A DNA stretch of 32,000 bases from the NCBI GenBank assembly GCA_963718915.1, contig CAVRAI010000004.1, forward strand, positions 690,001 to 722,000, given 5' to 3'. A program made the translations under genes and the position numbers. Source of the stretch: an uncultured Chloroflexia bacterium. GTDB lineage: Bacteria > Chloroflexota > Ktedonobacteria > Ktedonobacterales > JADMIN01. Positions 1 through 10,300 of the stretch are shown here, piece by piece (the first letter of the stretch is position 1; every line of letters begins with the position of its first letter). The notes under the pieces were generated by a model. It did not search any database, was not told the DNA's origin, and saw only the letters and a list, made by a program, of their open reading frames with translations.

Positions 1-571
1 TCTTGGGTCCAGAAATATAGGCGATATCTCGATGGCCAACCTCGATCAAGTGCTTAACGACCTGCCGGGCGCCCGCGCGATGGTCGGTACCAACCCAAGG
101 AAGGGATGAGACCGGACTCTGATCGTCTATGATCACGATGGGGAAACCCTGCTCGTGAAACTCGATCAGATGTTCTTTTGCATTGCCGGGAAATATTGCC
201 AGCATGCCAGCCGTCATCTTGGAGCTAACGATGCGATCCAGGACAACGCGATGATCCAGCCTCTGGCCCATGGTGTAGAGAACCAGATCGTAGGTGGTCT
301 GTTCCGCGAAGTCGCCAATCCCCAGCATCAGCTGGGGCATCAAGGGCCACGTCAGTGAGGGAATGAGCACTCCGAGCAAATGCGTGCGTCCGCCTGCCAG
401 CACAGCGGCAGCAGCATTGGGGACGAAGTCGTGCTCTTCCATGATGTGCAGGATCCGTTTGCGTGTCATCGCATCAACGTCCGGCTTCTGATTGATGACA
501 CGTGATACCGTTGCCTTCGACACGCCCGCAAGACGAGCGATATCTTGGATGGTAACCCTGTCTGCCATCAT
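1..571 (-). CDS. LacI/PurR-family transcriptional regulator (N-terminal ~190 aa; the C-terminus runs off the left edge)
   Basis: Absent from the ORF track because it is open at position 1. Reverse-strand translation from ATG (rc of 569-571) gives MMADRVTIQDIARLAGVSKATVSRVINQKPDVDAMTRKRILHIMEEHDFVPNAAAAVLAGGRTHLLGVLIPSL... This is a canonical LacI-type HTH followed by a periplasmic-binding-protein-like sugar-binding core. Confidence 0.85.
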   Translation of the reverse strand, partial: MMADRVTIQDIARLAGVSKATVSRVINQKPDVDAMTRKRILHIMEEHDFVPNAAAAVLAGGRTHLLGVLIPSLTWPLMPQLMLGIGDFAEQTTYDLVLYTMGQRLDHRVVLDRIVSSKMTAGMLAIFPGNAKEHLIEFHEQGFPIVIIDDQSPVSSLPWVGTDHRAGARQVVKHLIEVGHRDIAYISGPK

Positions 572-615
572 GATCCTCACGGTTGGGAACGACGCTCCGG
601 GCGTCCGAACGGACA

Positions 616-667
616 CTGTAAGCGGTATCTGTAAGCGATATCAGTAACGATTACGTGACCGGTTACA
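616..667. promoter_or_regulatory. Operator-like repeats upstream of the LacI-family gene
   Basis: Adjacent direct repeat CTGTAAGCGGTAT (616-628) / CTGTAAGCGATAT (629-641). An inverted half-site CCGGTTACA lies at 659-667 (rc TGTAACCGG). TGTAAGCG / CGCTTACA resembles LacI-family operator half-sites, but the arrangement is not a canonical 14-20 bp palindrome. Confidence 0.25.
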
Positions 668-890
668 AAGCAGTGTACTGATTGAGGGCCAGGTTGTCAA
701 GTGGTTACTCAGGAATTGGTCCCATTGCTCTGTCGTGTGAACTTCTCGGCGCAGCGCCAGTTCAAATCCGCGCCTATTCCGTGGGCGCAGACGCCACACA
801 GACTTGAGATGCAGCCCAGTCAGCGCGCCAGTGACGAGCGATAGTGTCAGATTGTGATGCAGGTGAGACTCATACCATGGACGCCGCGGC

Positions 891-3359
891 TCACTGAAGA
901 TCGAACAGTGATCGTGTGGTTAGCGGTGTGCTGGTGTGGCTTGGGCCGCTTAAGATAATCGGCTCACTCGGAAAAAGATCAAATCCGTTCTCGCTCCAGG
1001 CAATATTCCCCTCACCTTCGAGCCAGACGCTTTTCGCGGGAGTTCGTGTGCGGACGGAAAGATATCCCTCAGGGAGTCGCTCGACGGCAAGTTCGGGATC
1101 GACAAGCGTCAGATATCTGAGTGGCTCTGGCCAGAGTGAGGCGGTCGCACGCACAGCGCCATCTGTGAGGAGACGCGCCTGCAAGACGTGAGTGGCATCA
1201 ACAGCGAGGTCAACGCTCCCAAGGGGCGTGGTCCGGTGCGGAGCGAGCGTAACTGCTAGTTCCTCTTCACCCTCAACCAGCCCCGCAAGTGACCAGCGAC
1301 GGATCTGTACAATTCCGTGTACCTGCTCACTCGTGCTATTCCCTGCCCACAGCGTGCTGGCTGTCTCGGACTCATATCCCATCTCCAGCGCAATTGGGGC
1401 GAGCGCGCGGCGCATAGCGTAATAAGCTAGTTTAGGGAGCACAGCATCATCAATGATGGACCAGCTGATGCTTGGCCAGCAATCGTTGAGCTGCCAGACC
1501 AGCGCTCCGCCACATCCATACTGTCCAGGCCCCTGAAATTGGCGTCGCCACCCACGAACTGCCGCGGCGAGCGCCTCAGCCTGCATAACTTGCGTGGCGT
1601 AGCGATAGTGGTCGATATCCGCCGGTATTCGGACATTCTCATTCAGATACACAGCGAGTCGACGAACTCCGCCCTCAGCTTTGAAATGATAGTCAAGTGT
1701 TTGGCTTCCTGGATAGCACTCCGCTGGGTCTGCCATCGCGGCGAGTGATCTCGCCGATGGTAATGCAACCATGCCAAATTCGCTTACAAAGCGCCCACCG
1801 TTTTGTGGGTAGTCCTGATACGGCAACATGGTTTGATGCCAGATACTCCAGACATGTTGGTCCCCTGCCAGAGGGTCGTTATTATTGTCGGAAGCGCCAC
1901 CATACGGACTGCCGGGCCAGTACACTCTACCGGGATCGAGCCACGCGCACAGCTCTGGCAAGAGTTGTTCATAGATGACGCGCGCGGGGAAGGCATCAGT
2001 TACCGGCCCAGCGATGGGGCGATTCTGCGAACGCGCAATGTCATAGTCTTCATTATTCCCACACCACAGCGCCAGGCATGGATGATGGCGAAGGCGCCGG
2101 ATGGCAGATTCTGCCTCACCGCGCACGCTTCGCAGGAAAGCCTCATGTGCGGGATAAATCCCACAGGCAAAGAGAAAGTCCTGCCAGACAAGTAGGCCCA
2201 GTTCGTCACAGAGATCATAGAAAATGTCTGCCTCATAGATTCCGCCGCCCCAGACGCGAATCATGAGCATATGCGCGTCGGCAGCCAGTTGCAGAAAGGC
2301 GCGATAACGGTCGTGACTCACTCGTGGAAGCATCATATCCGCCGGAATCCAGTTGGCCCCTCCGCAAAAGATCGGAACATTGTTCACTTCGAAGCAGAAA
2401 CTCTTACCAGCCTCACTTACCATCTCATCCTGCAAGAGTCGTACACGCCGAACGCCGAGCCGCTGCTCCTTCACCTCCATGACAACGTCTCCCTCGCGTA
2501 GCGTGGAGACGAGATGGTAACGCGCTTGCTCGCCGTAGCCATGCGGCCACCAGAGTACTGGTTGCTCAACCTCGAACGTGTGCTCCACGATCTCTTCTAA
2601 GAGTGAGAAGGTTCGTTCGGCAATAAGCGCGCCCGCAGGATCGTAGAGAGCCAGTTGTAGCTCAGCGAGGGGCGAATTCTCGGGATGCTCGATGGTAATG
2701 CGCACAGGAAACCGCGCATGCTGAAGATCGTCGCCGATCTCTAGCGGGCAGTGCATCTCCGCAATGCGCGTTGCGGCGGTTTCCAGCCAGACGGGCTGCC
2801 ATGGTCCGGCTGTGAGGAGGCATGGGCCCCAGTCCCACCCGTAATGGTATTGGGCCTTGCGGACATAGACACGGCTCGAATCACCATTCCAGACGGGCAT
2901 CTTCCCCATTTCGGACTCACGCGCTTTTCCGTGGCGTAGCGCCGACTCAAACACGATGAGCAGTTCATTGTCGCCTGCCAGCAAGTTGGCCTGGACGGGA
3001 ATGCGATGGGCGACGAACATGTTGTCGCTGGCCAGAATCTGGTGACCGTTGAGCCAAACAGTCGCGAAAGTATCCAGCCCTCCAAAGCACAAGGTCGTCT
3101 CACCATGCGCTACATCGTCCGGTGACCAGGAGAAGCGGCTCCGATAGATCCAATCGGACTCACCGACCCATTGCACTGTCGCCTCATTCAGCGACTGAAA
3201 GGGGTCGGGTATTATGCCCAGCGCTAGCAAATCACTCTGCACGACGCCGGGAACGGACGCGGAGAACCAGCCTTCCTCTGCCGCGCAATCCTCTTCAATC
3301 GTTTTCGCTGGATCACGCCGTTTGAAAGACCAGCCTTCCGCAAGTTCGCGCCGCTGCAT
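891..3359 (-). CDS. Glycoside hydrolase family 2 beta-mannosidase, no signal peptide
   Basis: 822-aa ORF. N-terminus is GWSFKR...W..ASVPGVVQSDLLALGIIPDPFQSLNE, the typical beta-mannosidase opening. Also VLWWPHGYGEQ, the acid/base-type motif WCGNNEDY and the nucleophile-type motif FVSEFGM. Confidence 0.8.
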   Translation of the reverse strand: MQRRELAEGWSFKRRDPAKTIEEDCAAEEGWFSASVPGVVQSDLLALGIIPDPFQSLNEATVQWVGESDWIYRSRFSWSPDDVAHGETTLCFGGLDTFATVWLNGHQILASDNMFVAHRIPVQANLLAGDNELLIVFESALRHGKARESEMGKMPVWNGDSSRVYVRKAQYHYGWDWGPCLLTAGPWQPVWLETAATRIAEMHCPLEIGDDLQHARFPVRITIEHPENSPLAELQLALYDPAGALIAERTFSLLEEIVEHTFEVEQPVLWWPHGYGEQARYHLVSTLREGDVVMEVKEQRLGVRRVRLLQDEMVSEAGKSFCFEVNNVPIFCGGANWIPADMMLPRVSHDRYRAFLQLAADAHMLMIRVWGGGIYEADIFYDLCDELGLLVWQDFLFACGIYPAHEAFLRSVRGEAESAIRRLRHHPCLALWCGNNEDYDIARSQNRPIAGPVTDAFPARVIYEQLLPELCAWLDPGRVYWPGSPYGGASDNNNDPLAGDQHVWSIWHQTMLPYQDYPQNGGRFVSEFGMVALPSARSLAAMADPAECYPGSQTLDYHFKAEGGVRRLAVYLNENVRIPADIDHYRYATQVMQAEALAAAVRGWRRQFQGPGQYGCGGALVWQLNDCWPSISWSIIDDAVLPKLAYYAMRRALAPIALEMGYESETASTLWAGNSTSEQVHGIVQIRRWSLAGLVEGEEELAVTLAPHRTTPLGSVDLAVDATHVLQARLLTDGAVRATASLWPEPLRYLTLVDPELAVERLPEGYLSVRTRTPAKSVWLEGEGNIAWSENGFDLFPSEPIILSGPSHTSTPLTTRSLFDLQ

Positions 3360-3517
3360 CGTGTCCTCGTTTCGGCATGTAATTTCAGTGTCTTCTATTC
3401 ACTCATCGGTGGTGAAAGGTATCCGTGCCCAGCCAGACCGCGTGAGATAGTAGCGCCCTACTGATCGTTCGCCGTCGATCTGATTCTCGTGGAAGTACAG
3501 GCAGTCCTCAATCGGCA

Positions 3518-5254
3518 CTAAGTCATGGATGCGCCCTCAGATGCGCCCCGAGCAGTGCGCGCATAGAGCGAAAGGATACCGCTGCTGTGGCGTGGTGGCG
3601 GAGGCGACCAACGCGCCCGGCGCTCGGTGAGCACATGTTCCAGCTCATCTTCCGGCAGCCGCTGGCCCTGAACCCCAACGATAGCGAGCCTCCGTTCGGG
3701 CACATGGATCTCGATAAGATCGTTCTCCTCCACGAGCGCGAGAGGGCCACCATCGAGCGCCTCTGGTGTGACATGTCCGATGCACGGTCCCTTCATCGCA
3801 CCCGAAAAACGACCATCGGTCACGAGAGCTGTGGTGGCGTTGAGCGCGGGATCATCCGCGATGATCGTCGATGCGAAGTACATCTCAGGCATGCCGTTGG
3901 CGCGTGGCCCTTCGTAACGTATCACTACGACATCGCCAGGGATAATCTTGCGCTCGCGCAACGCATCCAGGGCAGCCCCCTCGGTGTCGAAGACGCGCGC
4001 TGGCCCGACGTGGATATGCATTTCCCTGGGTACCGCGAATGCTTTGATGACCGCACCAACAGGAGCAAGATTGCCATAGAGTACGGCGATTCCTCCTGCC
4101 GCTCCAAACGGGTCGGAGCGCGGACGGAGAATCTCATGCCGGGCCACCTTCACATTGTGGAGATAGCCGATCCTCTCGCGAAAGAAACTGCTTTGCTCGA
4201 TCTCCTCCAGGTTCTCGCCCAGCGTTTTGCCCGTCACAGTGAGGCAATCCAGATGGAGCATGTCTCTCAGTTCGAGCATGATCGCAGGCACACCGCCAGC
4301 GTACCAGAAGTATTCGACCGGATAGCGGCCCGTAGTCATTACATTGGCTAATACCGGTATCTGGCGGTGTATGCGGTCGAAGTCGTCAATCGTGATCTCG
4401 ACGCCAGCCTCCCTCGCGATGACTGGCAGGTGGAGCAGCATGTTTGTCGAGCCGCCCGTCGCCGCGTGGATCATGATGGCGTTCTCGAAGGCTTCACGTG
4501 TCAGGATCTGCTGGGGAGTGATCTCCTGCTCGATCAGATGGAGGATCTGCTTGCCGACGGCCCGAGCATATCGCAACAGCCGGGTCAGCGGTGCGGGAAC
4601 CAGCGCGGAGCCCGGTAACGCCAGGCCAAGCGCCTCAGCCACCACCTGACCTGTGCTGGCGCTCCCCATAAATTGACAGGCGCCGCACGTAGGACACGCC
4701 GCTTGCTGGGCAGCATCAAAGTCCTCACGCGATAGCTCGCCACGTTCGACAGACATCCCCATCTGCCAGAGTTGGTTCGAGGTGATATAGTCTGGCGCGT
4801 TGAGCTGGGTGCCACCGGGCAGGTGAATGGCCGGGATGTTACAGCGGGCGATGGCGAGCAGGTGAGCGGGAACCGATTTGTCGTTGCCTGAGATGAGCAC
4901 CATGCCATCGTGTGGATGGCCCAGCGCATGAATCTCGATCATGGCGGCCATAATATCGCGAGAGACGAGCGAATAGCTCATTCCATCGTGCGCCTGAGCA
5001 ACGCCATCGCAGATATCGCTGACGGTGAAGACTCCTGGCTTTCCTCCCGCCTCGAATACTCCGTTGCTGACCTCTTCGATCAGCGGGCGAAAGTGAAATG
5101 TGCCAGGATGCCCCATGCCATACGCGCTGTCGACCAGCACTTGCGGCTTTGCGAGATCCTCTTCCGTCCAGTTCATTCCCAAGCGCAACGCATCGCCCTG
5201 GTAATTCACCGAGCGCAGCCGCTGACTTCGCAGTTTTTGTGGATCTATCGGCAC
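3518..5254 (-). CDS. IlvD/Edd-family dehydratase (dihydroxy-acid / sugar-acid dehydratase type)
   Basis: 578-aa ORF with a GTG start and AAGGGG 8 nt upstream. Family blocks: SDICDGVAQAHDGMSYSL, LISGNDKSVPAHLLAIARCNIPAIHLPGG (aligns to E. coli IlvD [12 protein letters not shown]...[10 protein letters not shown]), ACPTCGACQFMGSAST, TDGRFSGAMKGPCIGHVTPEA. The CDK cysteine is replaced by Asn (see findings). Confidence 0.85.
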   Translation of the reverse strand: MPIDPQKLRSQRLRSVNYQGDALRLGMNWTEEDLAKPQVLVDSAYGMGHPGTFHFRPLIEEVSNGVFEAGGKPGVFTVSDICDGVAQAHDGMSYSLVSRDIMAAMIEIHALGHPHDGMVLISGNDKSVPAHLLAIARCNIPAIHLPGGTQLNAPDYITSNQLWQMGMSVERGELSREDFDAAQQAACPTCGACQFMGSASTGQVVAEALGLALPGSALVPAPLTRLLRYARAVGKQILHLIEQEITPQQILTREAFENAIMIHAATGGSTNMLLHLPVIAREAGVEITIDDFDRIHRQIPVLANVMTTGRYPVEYFWYAGGVPAIMLELRDMLHLDCLTVTGKTLGENLEEIEQSSFFRERIGYLHNVKVARHEILRPRSDPFGAAGGIAVLYGNLAPVGAVIKAFAVPREMHIHVGPARVFDTEGAALDALRERKIIPGDVVVIRYEGPRANGMPEMYFASTIIADDPALNATTALVTDGRFSGAMKGPCIGHVTPEALDGGPLALVEENDLIEIHVPERRLAIVGVQGQRLPEDELEHVLTERRARWSPPPPRHSSGILSLYARTARGASEGASMT

Positions 5255-5336
5255 TCTGGCAGCCCCTTTGCAGTCAGAAGATGGGAACCTCGATCAGAAA
5301 AGGCGAGAAGTCGCCATGCAGCGCAACTCACACTGA

Positions 5337-6146
5337 TTAACGCAACCGTGAAGAGTAGTCGGGCAGTTCTGGATGATCTGGTGGAAGCGGACTCTGCAAG
5401 GTCCAACCGCCGTCAACTACCAGCGTTTGCCCGGTCACCTGGCGCGCCTCATCTGAAGCGAGATAAAGAGCGGCCGCCACGACATCCTCAGCATAGCCGA
5501 CACGTCCCGTGGGAGTCACACTCGCCCAGTTACGCTCGTAGTTCGGGTCATCTCGCAGCGTGCGTTCGGTGACAGTTGCGCCAGGGCAGATGGCATTCAC
5601 CGTGATGCCGTATTGCGCCACCTCCAGCGCGACCGTCTTCGCCATCATCTGTAGACCGGCCTTGGTGATCCCGTATACACCCAGGTTCAGGTGCGCCTGG
5701 ATGCCGGTCACGGAGGACATCAAGAGTATACGCCCAGGGATATGCGCGTCAATCATGATCCTGGCCGCCGTCTGGGCGGTAAAGAAACTCCCGCGAAGAT
5801 TGACACCGAGCAGGCGATCAAATGCTGCTGGAGTATAGGTCAGAAACTCACCATAGTTGGTGATGCCCGCATTCGCAACTACGATATCGAGCCGTGCCGC
5901 CACCGCAACGAATTGGTCAAACATCCTCCGGACAGCGTCGACGTCAGCAACGTCGCCCGCGTAGGGGTGTACGCGTTCGACACCCAGAGAATCATTGATT
6001 CGCCGGGCCGCGCTTTGACAGAGCGCTGAATCAACATCGTTCAATGCTACCGTGGCTTCTTCGGCGGCAAATGCCTTACACAGCGCATAGCCTATTCCCG
6101 TTCCCGCTCCGGTGACGAAAACGGCTTTTCCAGAGAATCCGCTCAC
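5337..6146 (-). CDS. Short-chain dehydrogenase/reductase (classical SDR)
   Basis: 269 aa. TGAGTGIG Rossmann motif, NAG motif, S...YGITK catalytic Ser/Tyr/Lys pattern, PG motif (ICPGATVT). Confidence 0.85.
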   Translation of the reverse strand: MSGFSGKAVFVTGAGTGIGYALCKAFAAEEATVALNDVDSALCQSAARRINDSLGVERVHPYAGDVADVDAVRRMFDQFVAVAARLDIVVANAGITNYGEFLTYTPAAFDRLLGVNLRGSFFTAQTAARIMIDAHIPGRILLMSSVTGIQAHLNLGVYGITKAGLQMMAKTVALEVAQYGITVNAICPGATVTERTLRDDPNYERNWASVTPTGRVGYAEDVVAAALYLASDEARQVTGQTLVVDGGWTLQSPLPPDHPELPDYSSRLR

Positions 6147-6228
6147 CTGTTTTCCCCTCCAAGACCCCGGTTAAATCTCAGCTACACGGTACGAGATGTG
6201 GTTTGGTTTTGCGCATGTGATCAACTGA

Positions 6229-7023
6229 TCAACCCGGCGCCTTGAACGCGGTAAAGCCGCCGTCGATGACCAGCGCCGTCCCAGTGACAAATCCGGCTTC
6301 GTTCGAGGCCAGGTACAGTATTGCTCCAGCGATTTCTTCCGCAGTGCCCAGCCGCCCGACTGGCTGCCGCGCTACCATTGAGCGAAGGGCTTCCTCCGGG
6401 TCGGAGTAATTCCGCGCCATTCGTTCTACCCAGGGCGTGTCCACTGTTCCGGGACAGACACAATTCACCCTGATCCTGTCTCTCACATGATCCGCGGCCA
6501 TCGCCCTGGTCAATGCAAGAACCGCCCCTTTAGACGCGCCATAGGCGGCCCGGTCCGTGACGGCTACCATCGCGACACTGCTCGATACGTTGACAATCGC
6601 GCCTCCACCTTGCTCGATCATTCTGGGAATCGCCGCGCGAGAACACAAGAAAATGCCTTTCACATTGACCGCGAAAAGATGATCCCAGTCCTCCTCGCTG
6701 GTCGTCAGGACAGTGCCCGCTACCCCTATGCCAGCGTTGTTGATCAGTATATCGAGTTTGCCGAAGGTTTCAACCGTAAACGCGACCAGCGCATCGGCGT
6801 CTGTGGCGACGCTGACGTCGGCCTGAAAGGGAACCGCTGCCAGTGGCGTTGCTCCCTCCTGACCTTGCGCATGAATGAGCGCGACTGTTCGCGCTGCCGC
6901 CTGCTGGTTGTAGTCTGCTACCACCACGCGAGCGCCTTCGCTGGCAAATGCCAATGCGGTAGCCTGCCCGATCCCACTGCCAGCGCCAGTAATGACTGCC
7001 ACCTGACTGTCCAGTTTCGGCAT
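6229..7023 (-). CDS. Short-chain dehydrogenase/reductase (classical SDR)
   Basis: 264 aa. TGAGSGIG, NNAG, NVSS...YGASK, CPGTVDT. GAAGGAG RBS upstream of the ATG. Confidence 0.85.
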   Translation of the reverse strand: MPKLDSQVAVITGAGSGIGQATALAFASEGARVVVADYNQQAAARTVALIHAQGQEGATPLAAVPFQADVSVATDADALVAFTVETFGKLDILINNAGIGVAGTVLTTSEEDWDHLFAVNVKGIFLCSRAAIPRMIEQGGGAIVNVSSSVAMVAVTDRAAYGASKGAVLALTRAMAADHVRDRIRVNCVCPGTVDTPWVERMARNYSDPEEALRSMVARQPVGRLGTAEEIAGAILYLASNEAGFVTGTALVIDGGFTAFKAPG

Positions 7024-7338
7024 CGCTCGTCTTTACTCCTTCGGTTGATCGCCTTGATGACATAAAACAGGTGTTGCAAGGTCAGCGGGGAGAATTTGTG
7101 CTCAGTCAGGATACCACGGGCAGTCGCGCGATTCGACCTGATCGTTATGGGCAGCTATGAAACTGCCGTGCGATGTTCTCGTGAATATACGGTTCTGAAA
7201 CGGCTGATCTTTGCCGAATCCATAGCATTCTATAGCGGCGACAGATCGCATCTTGACACTGGTCGCTTTCAGCGTCAGAATGCCATCATACTGTGTTGAC
7301 GGGCATCGAACACACTCAGACGAATAGAGGACAGCAGC

Positions 7339-10300
7339 ATGGACGACAAGCTCTTTCGATCGCTCTCATGGCGCTGTATTGGACCGCACCGCGGAGGTCG
7401 GGTGGTCGCCGTAGCCGGGCACCCCACCGAGCCTGGCACGTTCTATTTCGGCGGCTGCGCTGGAGGCGTATGGAAAACCACCAGCGGCGGCGCGCTCTGG
7501 GAAATCGTCTCCGATGGCTACTTCACGACATCCGCGGTGGGAGCGATTGCCGTCGCGCCATCAGCGCCAGGCGTTATCTACGTGGGCACGGGCGAGGCGA
7601 CGATCCGCGGCAACGTCTCGCACGGCGATGGTGTCTACAAATCGAACGACGGTGGCTCGTCGTGGCGCAACGTTGGTCTGGCGGATACGCGCCATATCGG
7701 CGACATCGTGGTTCACCCGACGAATCCTGAGATCGCTTATGTGGCGGCGCTGGGCCACGCCTGGGGGCCGAATGCGGAGCGTGGTGTCTTTCGCACACGC
7801 GATGGCGGCGCTTCCTGGCAGAAGGTGCTCTTCAAGAGCGAGAACGCGGGCGCCGTTGACCTCGCGATGGATCCGAATCAGCCAGACATTATCTACGCGA
7901 CCATCTGGCAGACGCGGCGTTACCCACATGCGCTGGTCAGCGGCGGCGAAGAGTCTGGCCTGTGGCGCTCGACCGATGGCGGCGATACCTGGGAGGATCT
8001 CTCGCGAGCGAAGGGGCTGCCATCGAGTGGCATCTACGGCAAGTTAGGCGTGGCAGCCTCACCCGCGCAGCCTGGCCGCGTCTGGGCCATTATCGAAGCG
8101 GCTGACAAGGATGGCAAAGACGCTGGCGGACTCTACCGCTCCGAGGATTGGGGTGGATCCTGGGAACGGGTGAACGACAAGATGGATCTGCGCAAGCGTC
8201 CCTGGTACTACATGCACATCTACGCTGACCCGCGCGATCCCGACACGGTCTGGATACTTAACCTGCGCTGCTGGAAATCGACCGACGGGGGCAAGAGTTT
8301 CGTCGGAGTGCCTACACCACATGGCGACAACCACGACCTCTGGATTGACCCGCGCGACCCGAATCGCATGATCGAGAGCAACGACGGCGGCGCATGTGTC
8401 ACATTCGATGGCGGTCGCTCGTGGTCCTCCATCCTCAATCAGCCGACCGCGCAGTTCTATCACGTCGTCGCCGACGATCACGTACCCTATTACGTCTATG
8501 GCTCGCAGCAGGATAACTGGGCGATGCGCCTGCCAAGCATTGATTTCGAGGGAGCCATCACCTGGAAGGACTACGTCGAGCCGGGTGGCGGCGAGAGCGG
8601 CTATATCGCCATTGGCCGCAAACCGCCCTATGTAGTCTTCGGTGGCGGCATCGGTACGGGACCGGGGCATGGTCGGCTGATCGCCTGGAATCCCGATACT
8701 GGGCAGAAGCGCAATGTCACCGTCTGGCCAGAGGTACACAGCGCCAGTGTGGGCGGTGTCGGTGCGAGCACCCTGAAATATCGCTTCCAGTGGACCTTCC
8801 CGGTGGAGGTTTCGCCACACGATCCCGATGTGCTCTACATCTGCTCGAATTTCGTCCATCGCTCAACCGACGAGGGTACGAACTGGGAAGTCATCAGCCC
8901 TGACCTCACCCGCAACGACCCGGATCGACAGGGGCCTTCTGGCGGGCCAATCACGTACGACAACAGTGGCGCTGAAATCTACTGTACGATCTTTGCCTTC
9001 CGTGAGTCGCCTCATGAACGTGGTGTCTTCTGGGTCGGCTCGGACGACGGACTGGTCCACATCTCACGCGACAGCGGCGCCTCCTGGCAGAACATCACCC
9101 CATCCGAGTTGCCTGAGTGGGCGCTCGTCTCCATCATCGAGCCGTCGCCACACGATCCCGCGACAGCCTACCTCGCCGCGACATGCTACAAGGTCGATGA
9201 CACGGCGCCCTATCTTTTCAAGACCAGCGACTATGGCGCGACCTGGACAAGGATTACGGGCAATCTGCCTGATGGCGCCCTGACACGAGTCATCCGCGAG
9301 GATCCCAACCGGCGCGGTCTGCTCTACTGCGGCACGGAGACCGGACTGTATATCTCGTTTGATGACGGGGTTAACTGGCAGCCATTCCAGTGCAACCTTC
9401 CGGTGACACCGATCCACGACTTGATTGTGAAGGATTCCGATCTCATCGTCGCCACCCATGGCCGTTCGTTCTGGATTCTCGACGACATCACGCCGCTGCG
9501 CCAGATGGTGGATGGCAACGCGCCAGTTGTGCTCTACGAGCCGCGCGACACAACGCGCTATCGTCTCTATGAATACACCGAAGCTGAAGGCACGCCGGGC
9601 TTTGTAGATTACCTCATGGCTGGCCCCGTTACGGTGGCATTCCGCCACGAGGAGGATGCCACAGGCGCGAATTCACGCAAGCTGCTCGATAGTGGCCAGA
9701 ATCCGCCTGCTGGGGTCATCTTCCACTACGCGCTTGCTGAGAAGCCAGAGGGTGATGTGACCCTGACGATACTCGACGCCGAGGGCAACACCGTTCGCAC
9801 ATTCACGAGCAAAGTGGATATTGGCGCCAAGCTTCCCACCGAGCAAGGCGCGAACCGGATTATCTGGGACTTCCGCTACGAGCCACCATCCGCTCTGGAA
9901 GACGATAAGGTCGAGAAGCAGGACCAGAAGGAAAAGGCGGAGGCTCGAATCGTCCTCGAGGCGCTGTCTGCGCGCGCACTGCCGGGCGAATATGAGGCGC
10001 GGCTTACTGTTGGCGATACCACTGTCACACAGCGTTTCGCCGTGCTGCCAGACCCACGCCTCGCGGTGACGCCGGAGGAACTTCGGGCGCAATTCGACCT
10101 CAAGCGCAAGATCCGCGATCAGGTGGATGAAGCGCATCACACCATCAATCAAATCCGGCGACTGCGCAAGCAGGTAGCATCGTGGGAAGAGCGCGCGAAG
10201 GCTGGCGAGGGACATGAGAGCATTGTCGAGGCTGCCGGTTCGCTCAAAGAGAAGTTCAGCACGCTTGAGGGTGAGTTGATCAATCTCGATCCTGACAAAC

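Noticed and set aside
3587-4351. 254-aa + strand ORF
   Set aside because: It is antisense to the IlvD/Edd dehydratase gene and has no motifs.
7096-7299. 67-aa + strand ORF in the SDR/Asp-box divergent promoter region
   Set aside because: It has a non-ATG start, no RBS and no motif, and lies in a lower-GC promoter-type region. A TTGACA-N17-CAGAAT promoter-like signal (7253-7281) is a better explanation.
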